In this document: positions 63,651 to 64,000 of the stretch, piece after piece
How the letters are laid out: the number at the start of each line of letters is the position of its first letter
Position numbering within the stretch: the stretch's first letter is position 1
Assembly (NCBI GenBank): GCA_965541615.1
Contig: CBEUCJ010000001.1
Span: 195,754 to 259,753 of the forward strand
Length of the DNA: 64,000 nt
Source: an uncultured bacterium
GTDB taxonomy: Bacteria > Omnitrophota > Gorgyraeia > Duberdicusellales > CBEUCJ01
Direction: 5' to 3'
Notes under the pieces: generated by a model
What the model saw: only the letters and a program-made list of their open reading frames with translations
Told to the model about the DNA's origin: nothing
Database searches by the model: none
Made by a program: the position numbers and the translations under genes

Positions 63651-64000
63651 TTGGCCCTACCTTTTCTAAATGAGAATTTCTTTTTTCTAATCTGGTTTGG
63701 ATTCTGTCCTTTCTTTTTTTATTTAGATAAAAATAAGAGATTTCCTTTTTTAAAAGGTTTTTTCTTAGGATTAATTTTCTTTTTGGTTAGTATTTATTGG
63801 TTAAAGAATGTAACTTATTTAGGATGGATTCTTTTAAGTTTGTATTGTGCAATTTACTTTGGAATCTTTTTTTATTTTTTTGCTAAGTATAAATTAAATA
63901 ATATCAAAGATTGTTTGTTTTATTCTTCTTTATGGGTAATTTTAGAATTTATAAGAGCAAATTTTCTAGGAGGATTCAGCTGGAATATGCTTTATAATTC
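63651..64000 (+). CDS. lnt: apolipoprotein N-acyltransferase (Lnt), N-terminal part; continues past the right edge
   Basis: Manual translation gives ...FFFLIWFGFCPFFFYLDKNK...SSLWVILEFIRANFLGGFSWNMLYN. It matches the Lnt N-terminal membrane region (W-x-L-E-x-x-R-x-x-x-F-x-G-F-x-W). Start tentatively placed at the in-frame TTG at 63651. Confidence 0.5.
   Translation, partial: MALPFLNENFFFLIWFGFCPFFFYLDKNKRFPFLKGFFLGLIFFLVSIYWLKNVTYLGWILLSLYCAIYFGIFFYFFAKYKLNNIKDCLFYSSLWVILEFIRANFLGGFSWNMLYN

Noticed and set aside
1-64000. Scanned for CRISPR arrays, transposases/IS elements, integrases next to the tRNA pair, and prophage genes
   Set aside because: There are no regularly spaced short repeats. 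There is no DDE/serine/tyrosine recombinase-like ORF. The tRNA-Ala/Leu pair is flanked by housekeeping genes (rluA, nfo) with no att-like duplication.

Overview
AT-rich (about 28% GC by eye), gene-dense bacterial chromosomal window. Almost every gene is on the + strand, and the organism looks diderm (LptE-like lipoprotein, Lnt, MurJ, SecA, an omptin, type IV pilus secretin). Taxonomy cannot be assigned from sequence alone. The window splits into four parts.

(1) ~1-27.7 kb is a polysaccharide (ABC-transporter-dependent, Wzm/Wzt) biosynthesis and export locus. It carries GT9, GT1, GT2, GT4 and GT-C glycosyltransferases and a Glf-like FAD enzyme. It also has an exceptional density of radical SAM (rSAM) domains: 10 CxxxCxxC cores. 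Two giant proteins (1412 aa and 1331 aa) each carry three rSAM modules. Wzt carries an ~850-aa C-terminal extension built from a repeated domain, and the same domain recurs at the N-terminus of an adjacent B12-binding rSAM enzyme. This is the most likely undescribed system in the window.

(2) 27.7-39.1 kb is a complete type IV pilus cluster: T2SSE_N/MshEN-like domain protein, two PilB-type ATPases, PilC, a pilin with a strong promoter and terminator, a TMTC-like GT-C/TPR membrane protein, and PilMNOPQ.

(3) 39.1-47 kb is an acyl-CoA ligase + MMPL/RND + LolA-like + beta-barrel module, followed by an omptin-family protease and a TesA-like SGNH hydrolase.

(4) 47-64 kb is housekeeping: RluA, tRNA-Leu(CAA) and tRNA-Ala(GGC) on the minus strand with back-to-back divergent promoters, then nfo, leuS, comEA, comEC, a TPR protein, an LptE-like lipoprotein, holA-like, rpsT, murJ, a uvrC-like gene, an ogt-like gene, pilT, prfB, secA and lnt (partial).

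No CRISPR array, transposase or prophage signature was seen.
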